64,000 nucleotides of DNA from Octopus sinensis. Its lineage: Eukaryota. Numbering within the stretch: position 1 is the first letter of the stretch; every line of letters starts with the position of its first letter. Below the pieces are notes generated by a model, which worked only from the letters and a program-made list of their open reading frames with translations, ran no database searches and was not told the origin of the DNA. The translations under genes and the position numbers were made by a program. The DNA lies in the NCBI RefSeq assembly GCF_006345805.1, contig NC_043002.1:101184001-101248000 (forward strand), read 5' to 3'. Below are positions 26,201 to 38,975 of the stretch, piece by piece.

Positions 26201-26615
26201 TCATAGGGGAAGCACACACGTTTCAGACAAAGCCTGGAATCAGACAACATTTTAAAACGAAACAATTTAACAATTAAAACAGCAATTCCTTCATGGTACA
26301 ACAAACAACTGCAGGTAAATCCAGTTCAGAATAACTCAACACAAACCACAACGGAAGTGAAGACCAACTACGTCAGACCACTACTATTTATATGTAGTGA
26401 CCCCGTTTATTTTCGTCAGGGAGTGCCGTACTCTTGCCACAACAGTATGCATGCATGTATGTACGTATGCCCATATGTATCGTTGGGATTTATTTTCCTT
26501 TGCGAATTTCAAGATGGTCACCGTCACCACCACCACTACCACCACCACCACCAGAAATAGAATAGAACTACAAAATCCCTTAAAACACAACAATGAAAAT
26601 ATTTTTCGTATTAAT

Positions 26616-27769
26616 CTATATATATATAAAACTGAGAATGTGTGTCTGTCTGTCTGTGTGAATCCCTAAAACTTGAGAACTATACTACCAATTTCATTAA
26701 AATTTTACACATGCCTTGCTTAGCGTCCATGTAGTGTTAAGGGTAAAAAGAATTTCTAATTTTTTGCCTATCTTCTCCACTATTTCAGTATTACGTGTTA
26801 AAATTGAAACAAAAACATCTCTCTATTGTAATGTCAGATACTTTCACTTTAATACTGAAACTATTAAAGTCAAACTATTATATAAGAGGGATGAACCATT
26901 AACAGTGGACATCCATTTTACAAGAAGAAGATCCGCTATAGTCTTATATGCTACACCTCTGGTTTTCTATTCATATTGATCAAATTTATATTCAATTTCT
27001 CACCCTTATTTTAAATTTAAATTTAAACCAAGGACCATGTGTTTTGGAACGAATTTTGTTACCACACAGCCACACCTGCACCTATCTTATGCGCGCGTGT
27101 GTGTGTATGTGTGTATAGCTGTATATGTATACATTTATTTCTATACATATAGATGTATTTGTATGCATTTATTTCTATACATATAGATGTATATGTATAC
27201 ATGTATATGTGTAGATGTATATATATATATATAGATGTACATGTAATATATACACATATATATTCACATATATATATGCATACATATATACACCCATACA
27301 CACACATACATAGGTGCAGGTGTGGCTGTGTGGTAACAAACTTCGTTCCAAAACACATGGTCCTGGTTTCCGTCCCACTGTGTGGTGACTTGGCATGTGT
27401 CTTCTGCTATAGCCTCAGACCAACCAAAGCCTTGTCAGTGGATTTTGTAGACAAAACTGAAAGAAATCAATCGTATATATATGTAAGTCTGTGTGGGTGT
27501 CTTTGTGTTTCTCCCTCATCACTGCCTCACAACAGGTGTTCGTTTATTTACATTCCCATAACTTACTGGTTTCATAAGAAGAAACTGATAGAATAAGTAC
27601 CATGCTTATCAAAATAAAAAAAAACCCACTAGGCAGTATCTCATATTTTTGTTTGCCCACACAATTTATCTTTGTGTGTGGGTGGGTGTGTGTATACATA
27701 CATACACACGCACACATATATATATCTATATATATGGATTCCGTAGGCAGAAACTTAAAGAAATCAATC

Positions 27770-27814
<45 letters not shown>

Positions 27815-28017
27815 AGTGTATGTGTGTGACTTTGTTTCTGTGTTTCACCCTCATCACTGCTTCACAACTGCTGTTCGTTTATTTATATCCCCATAACTTA
27901 CTGGTTTCACAAGAAGAAACTAACAGAATAAGTACCAAGCTTATCAACATAAAAAAAGCACTACGCTGTGTCTCAAATTTTTATTTGCCCACTCGGTTGT
28001 ATGTATCAATTTATCTT

Positions 28018-28057
<40 letters not shown>

Positions 28058-28090
28058 TATATAATACACACTCACACACACACACACACA

Positions 28091-28169
<79 letters not shown>

Positions 28170-28840
28170 ATACACGTATGTATATGTGTACATTCATACT
28201 TATTATATCAAAGACAAAGTATTTATGTGTTCGTGTATTACTTATACATTTGAAAACTGCTGCACCGATCATAATGAAATTTGGAACACAAAATCGAAGC
28301 CTAGGGAGAAGGGTAATGCTGTGTGTTTCATACAGTTTTATGGACCAAAATTACTGAATGGATCCTTATGATATTTGAAACTTCTATTCAATGAATAAGG
28401 ACGAGTATAATGCAATATGTTTGGTTTGAATTTCAGATGGCTTAAAGGGGGCAGAACCCTCATGAAACTTCATAAATTTTCGATGTTGATGAAATTTTAA
28501 TCATGGGTAATTGACACACATCAAGAAGTATTCTCAAAGTTTCCACTTCACATGAAGATTCTAAGACCCCCTAATGTGAGCCTTAACTCCCAAAATTTAG
28601 TAATTTCTTTTTATGATCCAAAACTAAGTCAAAAGTACTGAATGGATCTTTGCGAAATTTGGAAATTATGTTCTATGCATAAGGGCTACAACCCCCATGA
28701 CAATTCATATATTTTTGCTGTTGATGAAATTTTAACCATAGATATTAGATACAAATGAAGTAATATTTATAAAATTTCATCTTCTTACAAGTTAGAAAGA
28801 CCCCTTCATGGGGATTTAACACCCACAATTTTGTCATTTT
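26616..28840 (+). mobile_element. Helitron-like 5' end and diverged ~300-bp internal repeats, interrupted by a SINE
   Basis: A|TCTATATATATATAAAACTG start; recurring CCGATCATAATGAAATTTGG-like motifs; 28330-28600 resembles 28630-28840. Confidence 0.35.
27311..28010 (+). mobile_element. Diverged CORE-type SINE family B with duplicated 3' part
   Basis: Head TAGGTGCAGGTGTGGCTGTGTGGTAA; tail segment repeated at ~27460-27700 and ~27745-28015. Confidence 0.75.
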
Positions 28841-30018
28841 ATCTAAGCAAAGACGAATAGTTGTACTCTTGGAAGCTGTGAGGTCATCCGAGCATAGAAG
28901 ATGAGCATTATTTGTAATTCAATGGTACAACAGTGTAAGAATTTGCTTTGACATACACTTAGATTGTAATTTCTGCAATGTGCTGCATAAATGGTCAAGT
29001 AAATAAGAGGCATCTTTGCCTCCACTGATTCAGTTGCAAAGTGTTGAGTAAAGTTTTTTGATTGCAGATCTCCTTTCAGTCTTTTTATTATCACTGGGTC
29101 ACACATACTCCCCACTGGGTAACATTGATTTCAAGGCCTTCCCAGATGAGTAACTGGTTATTCAAATACATTTATAGATTGCATATTTATTCTGTCCAGT
29201 TACGTATTTGTGTAGTGGTCATTTGCAAACTCCAACTTTCATTTCTCCTTAGCCCTCACGTCACAGAGTTGTTAATGTTTATTTCAGTTGGGTCACGCCC
29301 TTCCAATTGCTATAGATTCGTAATGCATCTTACGGCCGTGCCTGTCACCTTGATGGTGAGGAATACTACATTGGGAGTGGTAACGACTAGGGTACTGTAG
29401 ATGATTGCTTATTGTGATCATTCGTCTATTGGTTTCCCGTAGCTTTGCTCTCTTTTACAAACCCAGTGAACATATATTTCCTATTTCAAAGAAATTCAAA
29501 CAATAGATATAAGACCCAAGTTAAAAAGATTCTCAACATTAACAGGGGCTTTAACTCTCACATTTTAGAGCTCCACGACCTTCATTTTTCAGGAACAAAA
29601 TCTTTTTAGAAGATTCAGTAAGACTGGAATTTTAGAATATGCGCATAAAAATCAGTAGTATGGGATACATGTCACACGATTACAATTTTTTTGGGGTGTG
29701 TAAAGAGGGAAATAACCCTCATCTGCAATTTTGATGAAATCCGAAACATAGATATTCCAGTTCATTAGAGGACATATAACAGAAAAGTCTAATTCTTCAA
29801 TTGTATCTAACACGGGCATATAAATAAAATATTAGAAACAAAAAGAAAACTACCATTTTACTCGACAACCAGCACATTGCTCCACCTTGTTACTAATTTG
29901 GAACAAGGTTAAATATGTTTGAAGTAAACCCGTATGTTATGAATACGACAAAAGATTTCATAGGAAAAGAGACTATAAATGAATGCTGCCAATCCAGTGG
30001 ACTAGGAGAACGGTAAAG

Positions 30019-30140
30019 GTATTTTCTGACATACAAGTCAACGTAGTCCACTAAAGTTGTCTTCATGTGTAAGCAGACTTACCATTTTGGTTATAAATTT
30101 TGGTCTGAAAAATTAGACTTGTATGAGGAAAAATACGGTA
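30019..30140. mobile_element. Tiny MITE-like element (Tc1/pogo-type TIR)
   Basis: GTATTTTCTGACATACAAGTC (30019-30039) vs GACTTGTATGAGGAAAAATAC-GGTA (30116-30140). Confidence 0.45.
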
Positions 30141-30710
30141 AATAAATTACGTAGTTCAGTTAAAGTTTAGTAAATACATGTGGTAGTTTTGGCATGACTC
30201 GTCTGTCAATTTCCCGGTGATAAGATATAATTTTAACCGGTTACTTTGCTTAACTAAACGCTCTTTTTAAACGTATAATCCGTATTCTTTCCACTGTTTC
30301 TATTTAGCAAACTGATCACGAGCGTTATATATCAACGCCATTTTACATCATAAAATGTGCTTACCAATTCTTATCTGCATAAATGTGTCACTGACACCCG
30401 AAAGTCACATTCTTTTCTCGCAGCCTAGAGCGGATTAAATTGATTCCCGTAATTTGAGGCTTGTGACCAGAAAGCATTTCGTTTTAGCAAAGTTTTACAA
30501 GATAACTCACTCACACACACACACAAACACACATACACACACGCACAAAAACACATACACATGTTTGTATAACTGCATATACATACATATGTGCATAAAT
30601 GTGTGTGTGAATATGTATCTATGCATGGTGTGGAAATATATATGGGTGAGTAGAGAGAGAGAGAGAGAGAGGGGGGATATAAACGTTTGTGTTATGTATA
30701 TGTATATATA

Positions 30711-30711
<1 letters not shown>

Positions 30712-30750
<39 letters not shown>

Positions 30751-30855
30751 ATTATTATTATTATTCAGGTCACTGTTTGGAATGGAACTCGGAATCTTGG
30801 GGTTAGTAGCCCGCGCTCTTAACCCCAAGATTCCGAGTTCGATTTCAACCAGTGA

Positions 30856-30948
<93 letters not shown>

Positions 30949-30960
30949 CAACAACAACAA
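30712..30960. repeat. Hairpin of two tRNA-derived short-SINE pieces flanked by (TTA)n and (TAA)n
   Basis: TTATTCAGGTCACTG / CAGTGACCTGAATAA and GAACTCGGAATCTTGGGGTTA / TAACCCCAAGATTCCGAGTTC are perfect inverted pairs. Confidence 0.9.
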
Positions 30961-31249
30961 CATCGAAAAATACCTTAGGAATGAGAACAAGATACTTGAT
31001 GAAGGCTGGAGGGTATATCAATCGAAACGTTATGTTAACAACAAATTAGATGAGGACAAATTTCCATCAAATATAAATAATGTAAATAATGTAAATAATT
31101 CCTCATCTCTTAAATATAGAACTGTAGTATATATACATGATGGCTGTAAATTCGTGTTCGAGTATTACCATCGCCTGATCGAAAGTCCCACACATGCAAA
31201 GGTTATGACCAGTCATTTTTGTGATAGGTCTCACGTTTTCTTCCAGCGA

Positions 31250-32330
31250 TGCATGTGCAGCAGGAGGATTTTTTTACAGTGGGGAAAGGATTTGCACAAA
31301 TCCAATCCCAATCTCTAAAAATGGACGACATATACTTGAAAAGGGGATCTATTCTACATCATCGAATATTGTCAGTGATTCAGTTTTTCTCTTGGAGTTT
31401 TCCTCTCCTAGAGAGATGTGGCAACACCAGAGGGGACTCCCACTCCGGGTAGGCCAACCTCAGGCCTGCACACTAGCCCATGTATTCCCATGATCCCGCA
31501 CACAAATATATACGTGCATAAATACGCATGTAGATATATTGTTGAATGGCCGCTGACTGTCCATGAGCTCTTCCGCCTTTTGATAGGTATTATTTTCCGT
31601 CCTGCAAAGTCTACAACAATCACTCTCCTCACCAAACCAGTTTGTCGAAGTTGCTAGTTCAGTGGCTGACAACTCGACCAGGTGGTTTCTTGATATCTTT
31701 TTTAAATGTATCCACGAACCTTTCCGCTCGCTCGTTAGATCTAGGGTGATACGGAGGTGTAGTGATATGTTCAATTGAGCACATCTTGCAAAAACTCATT
31801 CGCAGTGAACTGTGTACGGATATCGAAAACTATGGAATCCGAGACACCATACCTAGCAAAAAGCTCGTGCAGAAATTCAACTGTTACCGTGGATGTCGGT
31901 TTGCTACGTTTACACATTTCTGGCCATTTTGTAAAGCTATCTACCACTATTTGAAAAGACGAATATGTCTATATGGCCATCACAGATAAAACAATGCAGT
32001 GAAAACTTGTAGATCCAGTAAGCTTACAAATCATCTCATAGACATTCGCACCCTATTTCCATGATTTAGAGAGGACCCTAAGCAAAATATCAAGCGCCCA
32101 TGTAAGTCACCGGCTTATGCAAAAGATCCCCAAAATGCTCACTACAATTCTCTGCGTTTCTAATTTTTATATCAGGGCGAATTTCTCCTAGGGACATGCC
32201 CTAGAAAAAGCTAAGGGATGCCTCACTCCCAGTGATCTTCCGGAAAACCAGATGCAAGCCCAGAATTCCTGAGTGCCCGTGCCATTTCTAGATAATCATT
32301 CAACCTACACGGGGATCCACCGTCTAGTAC
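31250..32330 (-). mobile_element. Decayed RLE-type non-LTR retrotransposon (HERO/NeSL-like) C-terminal region
   Basis: Minus translation ...KGSWIHL...LATSTNWFGEESDCCRLC resembles the QG.W..W / LP...NL..W...C.LC region before the CCHC knuckle; heavily frameshifted. Confidence 0.45.
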
Positions 32331-32375
32331 GTGCATACATACATACATACGTACATACATACATACATACATACA

Positions 32376-32407
<32 letters not shown>

Positions 32408-32427
32408 CGTACGTACATACATATTTA

Positions 32428-32760
32428 CATACCAATCTTGAGAAATTAGGCTTCTCAAAACCAGAAAGGAGAAAGCTAATTCGAAGACTACAGATTCAGT
32501 CCATCACTGGAACTGTGAAAATCTGTAAAACTTTTCAGAATTTTTTCATTTAAATATGTATGAGCATATCTAGATATGCAAGTATATGAATAAGAATACA
32601 TACATAAAACAAAACATTCAAATCTGCACACATACATACATACATACAAAAATACCTTGTTGCTGATGATGTTGAAATTCCAGTGAAGGAACCCTGGACC
32701 TAGGTTAGAAACCGGCTCTCTCTGTATTGGCAAGAAATGTTGAAATAAAACTGAACAATG
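32428..32760 (+). mobile_element. R4/Dong-clade LINE, 5'-truncated 3' end
   Basis: TNLEKLGFSKPERRKLIRRLQIQSITGTVKICKTFQNF* plus 3'UTR; bounded by (TACA)n on both sides. Confidence 0.8.
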
Positions 32761-32814
32761 ACATACATACATACATACATACATACATGCAAGCATGCAT
32801 ATATATGTATGCAT

Positions 32815-34040
32815 GGGTTGCTTGCCTGGACGCTCGATGATATCCGAGCCATTAATGGGAAAACCCGTAAAATACTAAAAAGCATAATTTCCATATAAAC
32901 AGTGACGTAGAGCGCCTCTAACTAAAATGTAAAGAAAGCAGCAGAGGCTTAACATCGATCCCAAACCCCTTTGAATGTCGTATCACATCACCTCGGCAAA
33001 TCTTTTAAACACCAAGGATGGAAGTGCATCCCTTGGCCAAATTAACATACACGATGCTGATAACACCATAAGACTTCGGAGGCTGCTCCTTGAGCAACAC
33101 TCCTTGTCTGATAATCTAGAAGGATAATGGAAGGATGAGTCTGTATAAGCAGAAGACTATGCATGCATATGTTAGTAGAAAGCTCCGTGATGCTAGTAAT
33201 ATCGATCATCAAAGCAGTATATCATGGACCAATAGCCGGATTACTACCTCCCACTTTGATGAGTATGCATTTACAATCTAGGAACGGGAAATATCAACCA
33301 AGTACCTGATGCACAAAAGGGATAGAGATGCAGGAAAATCCATAAAATGTGACAACCGATGCAGACTTTGTAGAGTTCACACTGAAGCTATCCCCCACAT
33401 CATAAGCAGTTGTCTGAAGATATTATCATGGTATTATCTACTGATGAGACACGATGTTGCAGCTAGGACACTCTATAATGAAATCCGTCGAAAGGATAAT
33501 CTCGAGGACAAAGAAATAAGAACCCACAATATGGTAGAAACCGTAGCCACTCATTGTAAAAACGAATACTGGTGGAATGTACAACTGAAGACCTTAATAA
33601 AAGGTAAGCACAACAGGCCTAATAAAGGATTTGGGATAGAGAAGAGAAATTGTGCACAGTTGTAGAAATTAGCTGCCCAGCGGATGATAACATAAAGCTG
33701 AAGATCAGTGAAAACGAAAACACCCATGCTGAACTATTGAGAAATCTGCCGGTACTCTATCCAGATTACAGGTTTAGGTTTATACCTGTAATTATTGAGG
33801 CCCTGGGATATATATTGTAACACACTACCTAAATACCAATCTTGAGAAATTAGGCTTCTCAAAACCAGAAATGAGAAAGCTACTTCGAAGACTACAGATC
33901 CAGTCCATCACTGAAACTGAAAAATATCTGTAAAATTTTCCAGAAGTTTATCATTTAGATATATAATTATATATATGAGCATGTCTAAGTATACAAGTAC
34001 ATGCATGAGAATGCATACATAAAACATAGAAATCTGCACA
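32815..34040 (+). mobile_element. R4/Dong-clade LINE 3' half (late RT, CCHC knuckle, RLE nuclease), pseudogenised
   Basis: CRLCRVHTEAIPHIISSC, MRHD, KHNRP.., VEISCPADDN, RFIPVIIEALG motifs with frameshifts; (TACA)n at both ends. Confidence 0.88.
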
Positions 34041-34239
34041 TACATACATACATACATACATACATACATACACACATACACACATACAAGCTTGCATACC
34101 TGCATACATACACACATACACGCATGCATACCTGCATACATACCTACCTACCTACCTACCTACCTACCTACCTACCTACCTACCTACCTACCTACCTACT
34201 ACCTACCTACCTACATACGTACATACATACATAAAGCGT

Positions 34240-35370
34240 TGTCAACATCATATAAGATGCGATTAAAAAAATACTGCGACGAATCTTATCCCAACCAAAG
34301 CACTTCTACTCTGAAACAAATGCAATAACAAGCATTTTGAAACAAATGGCTCTCTCTCGTGATGTAAATCCATCTTCTCGAAACACTGAGAACGAGCCAA
34401 AAACGTGCCAGAAGAAAGGTAAAAAATAATGCAAACAAAACGCCGCCATTACCCAATTCTCTTGTCTCTCCTAATGTGACTGAGATCCCAAAATGAACGA
34501 CATCCTGAAAACAAACAAAATCATCAAATGCAAAAAGCAAGACAAATCGCTAAAGAGACTACTAACAAAGGCGAAGCTTTACAAAACAACCATGAAACCA
34601 ACGGTTAAAAAATGTGGACGCCCAAACTGTGGAACCTGCCCCAACCTACTTGAAGGCCCGGATTTCCTTTTCAAACAAGGACAGAGGTTCACAATTAAAA
34701 CTAGTTTCACTTGTGCATCTGAGAACCTAATTTATGTAATAACCTGCTCGGGTTGCGGACACAACTTATTTGGACAGACGAATATGACCTTGAAAAAGAG
34801 AACCACTGTACTTGAAGAGCAAATCCGTTTCCCGCAATACAGGCAAATTCCTCTCAGTGAACATAGAGAAAAATGTGCAGATAACATCAAACCAAATTTC
34901 ACAGTAGTCCCCTTCTACCAGTGCAAAGACACAATCTTTCCACAAGAACGTTTAAATAAAGAATGTTTTTTCATTGAAAAATACGAAATATATCTTTTTA
35001 CACATTTCAATTCACAATTACATCCCTGTACATAAATCCCCTCGCTAAACAAGTTTTTCGAAACATTTTTTTTTTTGCCTGTACATATATATCCCCCTTC
35101 CCATACCGAAAGCTGAACAGTTATCTCCCTTGCCCACAACAATAACAATAATAACGATAACCAATTACCTCCCCTTATTTTTCTACTTGTGAAGTCATTC
35201 ACTCGTAAATATCATCACACACAATATGGACAAAATTTCTTCTTAAGAAAATACATATTCAAATAAGTAAACCATAATATCATGAATAGGGATAGCGAAA
35301 CCGGTCGATATATTATAAATTATATCAAAACTATGTAAAGTGTGCGTATTTTCCTTTTTTAATTTCTTTT
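34240..35370 (+). mobile_element. Penelope-like element 3' part: GIY-YIG endonuclease ORF (34493-35035) + pLTR remnant
   Basis: KCGRPNCGTC, FTCASENLIYVITCSGCGHNLFGQT, LSEH..C, RLNKECFFI; decayed hammerhead ATATC-ATGAATA-..-GAAA-CCGG-TC-GATAT at 35277-35311. Confidence 0.88.
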
Positions 35371-35429
35371 ATATATATTACAACTCACAACGTGGGGATA
35401 ATCGAAATTCCTCCTTTCTGTTACTGTTT

Positions 35430-35467
<38 letters not shown>

Positions 35468-37069
35468 ACCCCAAACAATTAGGTAACAACAACAATTACT
35501 ATTCCTCTAAAAATAACAGTCATTTATTATTGGTTGATATTTAATCGAAGTATTTATTGTTAAGAATTATTTACTGTAGCGTTCTTATCGAGCATCGAGC
35601 CTAACAAACAAACTGTGCTGTAATTCACAGTTTGAAATAATTAAAGGTTTTCTATTTTTGAAATTCTCAAATAAGTGAAATCAATTTTGTGATTAACGAT
35701 TGTATTTATTAATTCGCAGTCGGTATCTTAAACGCGCGCACACAAACGCACACACTTAAAAAACCCCATACAACTCAGACGAAACTTACACACAAATGCC
35801 ACACATATATACACACAAACATGTTACTCATGTACATATATATTGATGCATATACATAAGCATGCGGATGCATACATATACACACGCTTGCATACATTTC
35901 TGTATATGCTTATGAATATATATATATATATGTTTGTAAATATGTATATATATTATGCATATCAATATATGTATGTAAAGGCACACACACATATATGCAA
36001 CATATATATATATATATGCATAATTATATATATATACCTACATACACACACATACATAATTATTTATATGCATAATTTATATGCATAATTATTTATATAC
36101 ATGTGTATATTTGCGAGTGTATATATGTATACACATACACAAGGCAGTCACTCAGAATTACATACATATTTTCATGGGTATGCGTATATATAACTCTCTC
36201 TCTCTCTCTCTTTCTCATTCTGGCTGTTTGTCACCCTCTTGCTTTGTAAGAATATATATGTTATCAAAATGAGTTATATAACCGTTGATTAACTTCCCAG
36301 CAGGGCTATTTTATCCTAAAATAGTTAATGGAGGATCTGTTTTCGTCTGTCATTTTCAGATAAGCATTTGTGAAACGGCAGTGTTATCGTAAATGGTACT
36401 GGAATCTAAAGTTGACTTTGATTAATCTATTCTGTGTGAAGATCTCTTAAATTAAGAAAATGTTATCTCCATACTGCTATTGTTCTATAAGTAAATTGTG
36501 GGATAGCGTTCATTTGGAGAGATGCAGCGAGAATTGGCATTGTCCAAGTACATATCCGGTTAAATGCTTTATATGTTTAAGATAATTGAATCTGATAAAA
36601 GTGTGTGAGCGAGTGAGTTAGTGAGCGAGTTAGAAGCTCTGGGAAAGTGAAGGAGAATGTGACCATGTGTTATCATTAAAACTGTTGCTGATTCTGGATA
36701 TTTAGAGCAACAGATAAGAGTATTACCAGATAAACGTATTCTCCAATTTTAGTATGTTCATATTTTGTACATACATACATATATACATACACGTATGCAT
36801 GCATACATACACATATATGTATATATACAGTTATATTTTGGGTATATATATATATATATATATAATATTATCATCATCACCATCGACCCCTAGGCGCTAC
36901 TATTTCGACTTTCAGAATTGAAAATGTCACTTACACGCTTTCCATGATGTATAGGCGATTGAGATCACAGCATGGCCGCGACGGCGGTCTGTCACACAGT
37001 TTCTACTCATTTAGGATTGGGTGAACAGACATGAAGAACGGGAAATGAAATGAATTGCTCAAGAATAGA

Positions 37070-37870
37070 ACGCTCTGTGCAGTTCTGGAATCGAAGCTAC
37101 ACACTCAGGAAACAATGACCAATGGAAAATGCTGGACAGATAATTTTCTGAAGTTGCTCCTAAGAGGTCAAGTGGAAAAGAATTTAAGTTGTGATGGAAA
37201 CAGTTCATTGCAATTAATGCCTGGATCAGTAAAGGACCAAATTGATTGGTGGACGAAAGTATGTGGCGAGCAATAGAGGTAAGATTTTGTTAACGGGGCG
37301 CCATCTGCTAGCAAATTTAGTTTATGAAAAAATAAAGAATCTTCGACGATGATGAGAAAAAACTTAGAAAGGCACAAAGGCAAGTCTCTCAAAGCTGTAT
37401 GTGGACATGAGGTGAAAGAAGAGAGAAGTGAAGTGTTGGGGGGAGAACATTTCTGCCAGAAAAGAAAGCATATTGAGAAAAGACTCTTACATTCGAGCCA
37501 AATAGATATGGAACAGTTTTTGAAGAAAGGCTGCTCGGATCATTGGAAGTGTCGAAAGAAGAGCGGTTGTCTCATCTGAAGATCATATATTCAGATGACT
37601 AGGGAAGAGAACCGTTTGTAGTTACATCAGTTCTGATGAGACCAATAGAACAATTTCAAGATTTTAATATGGACGAAATACAGCTAAGAGAATTGGATGA
37701 TGGTGTGCAGAAACGCTCGGATTGGAGCGTAGCGAAGCTTCAAACATTTAAAGTTGTCTGAGCAGATAAGAAACATTTTGCTTTAGATTTGAAAGGTAAT
37801 GTAATGGAAACAAGTTATAGCTGCTGGTTAGGGTATTGCAGAGGTTATAAATATTCAAAGAGATGAATGC
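37070..37870 (+). mobile_element. Highly decayed CR1/L2/Jockey-like LINE 3' fragment
   Basis: Frameshifted KKAARIIGS-type motif near 37520 only; weak. Confidence 0.3.
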
Positions 37871-37944
37871 TTAAGAGATTGGTAAGTTCTGAACTTTTGT
37901 CATTTATTCTTTTACTTGTTTCAGTCATTTGATTGCTGCCATGC

Positions 37945-38143
37945 TTCCGTTTCTGTTGTACCTGCATGTCAAAGGGCCAACCTTGTCCCACATTGTGTCA
38001 CGATGAATCTCCCCGAAAACTATGTTAAGGGTACACGTGTCTGTGGAGTGCTCAGCCACTTACACGTTAATTTCATTGCAGGCTGTTCCGTTGATTGGAT
38101 CAACTGGAACCCTCGACGTCGTAACCGACGAAGTGCCACGGTG
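37945..38143 (+). mobile_element. SINE family C 3' half with (TATC)n tail
   Basis: Homologous to 15150-15350. Confidence 0.75.
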
Positions 38144-38144
<1 letters not shown>

Positions 38145-38231
<87 letters not shown>

Positions 38232-38245
38232 GATCTATCTATCTA

Positions 38246-38305
<60 letters not shown>
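38145..38305. repeat. (TATC)n(TA)n microsatellite
   Basis: Direct repeat. Confidence 0.97.
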
Positions 38306-38309
<4 letters not shown>

Positions 38310-38349
38310 CATATACCTATATATTGTATTTAGGGATGGTCATGTTGCC

Positions 38350-38975
38350 AGTTTAGTCAATGAAAACACACGCACTGTATACTTGTTTTTCACTTGCTTC
38401 AGCTTTATTTTATATTAATTCTACCTCGGCCAGAGTTCTTTCGTCATACTTCTGTGACTTCATCAGTGGTCCTTTGCTTTCTTTCTTTTTGTGTGTCTCT
38501 CCTTACTAACGATCTGCCATTTTGTATTCCTATTGTATGTGTCTGTATTTGCGCATGCGTATATCCTTGTGTGTGTCTATGTTTTGTAAGTGCGTGTGGG
38601 GGGGAATGTGCTTGCGTTATCGTTTGTTTAATTTACTTTTATTTATTTTATTCATTTGTTTATATCTACTTACTTTCTTTTCTTTATGTTTTTTAATTAA
38701 TATAATTTATTTTGTTTATGTATATAGTTTTTTAATTCCATTTACCTACATGTGTATTGTATTATATTCATATTATTATCAGTTTATGAGGATCTTATTC
38801 TGTTATAGGTTGTGGTGTGTTGGGAGTGTATGCTAGTGTTCCATTCCAGTTTCCTATTCAGGCTCGGTTTATCTTCTATTATGTGTGTAGCTTCCGTAAT
38901 TTGTCTACGTGTTGCGTCTGTTCTATGTGTGGACAAGATTTTAACTACTATGTTGTTAAGTGAGCCCCCGAGTGT
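38350..38975 (-). mobile_element. Penelope-like GIY-YIG C-terminus + 3'UTR fragment
   Basis: VKILSTHRTDATRRQITEATHIIEDKPSLNRKLEW matches the C-terminal motif of Penelope endonucleases. Confidence 0.65.

Noticed and set aside
28843-29400. Possible transposase or helicase ORFs
   Set aside because: No diagnostic motif could be identified in any frame I read
30785-30850. tRNA gene (also SINE heads at 7239, 15021 and 47990)
   Set aside because: Only partial D/anticodon/T-arm similarity with no acceptor stem, and each continues into a SINE body or tail
30689-31318. 209-aa ORF with poly-L/poly-N
   Set aside because: Built from (TTA)n/(TAA)n plus the SINE hairpin and antisense retroelement sequence
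32660-32720. Hammerhead in the R4/Dong 3'UTR (CTGATGA...GAAACCGG)
   Set aside because: Stems I and II cannot be formed adjacent to the core, and the 18.6-kb copy lacks CTGATGA
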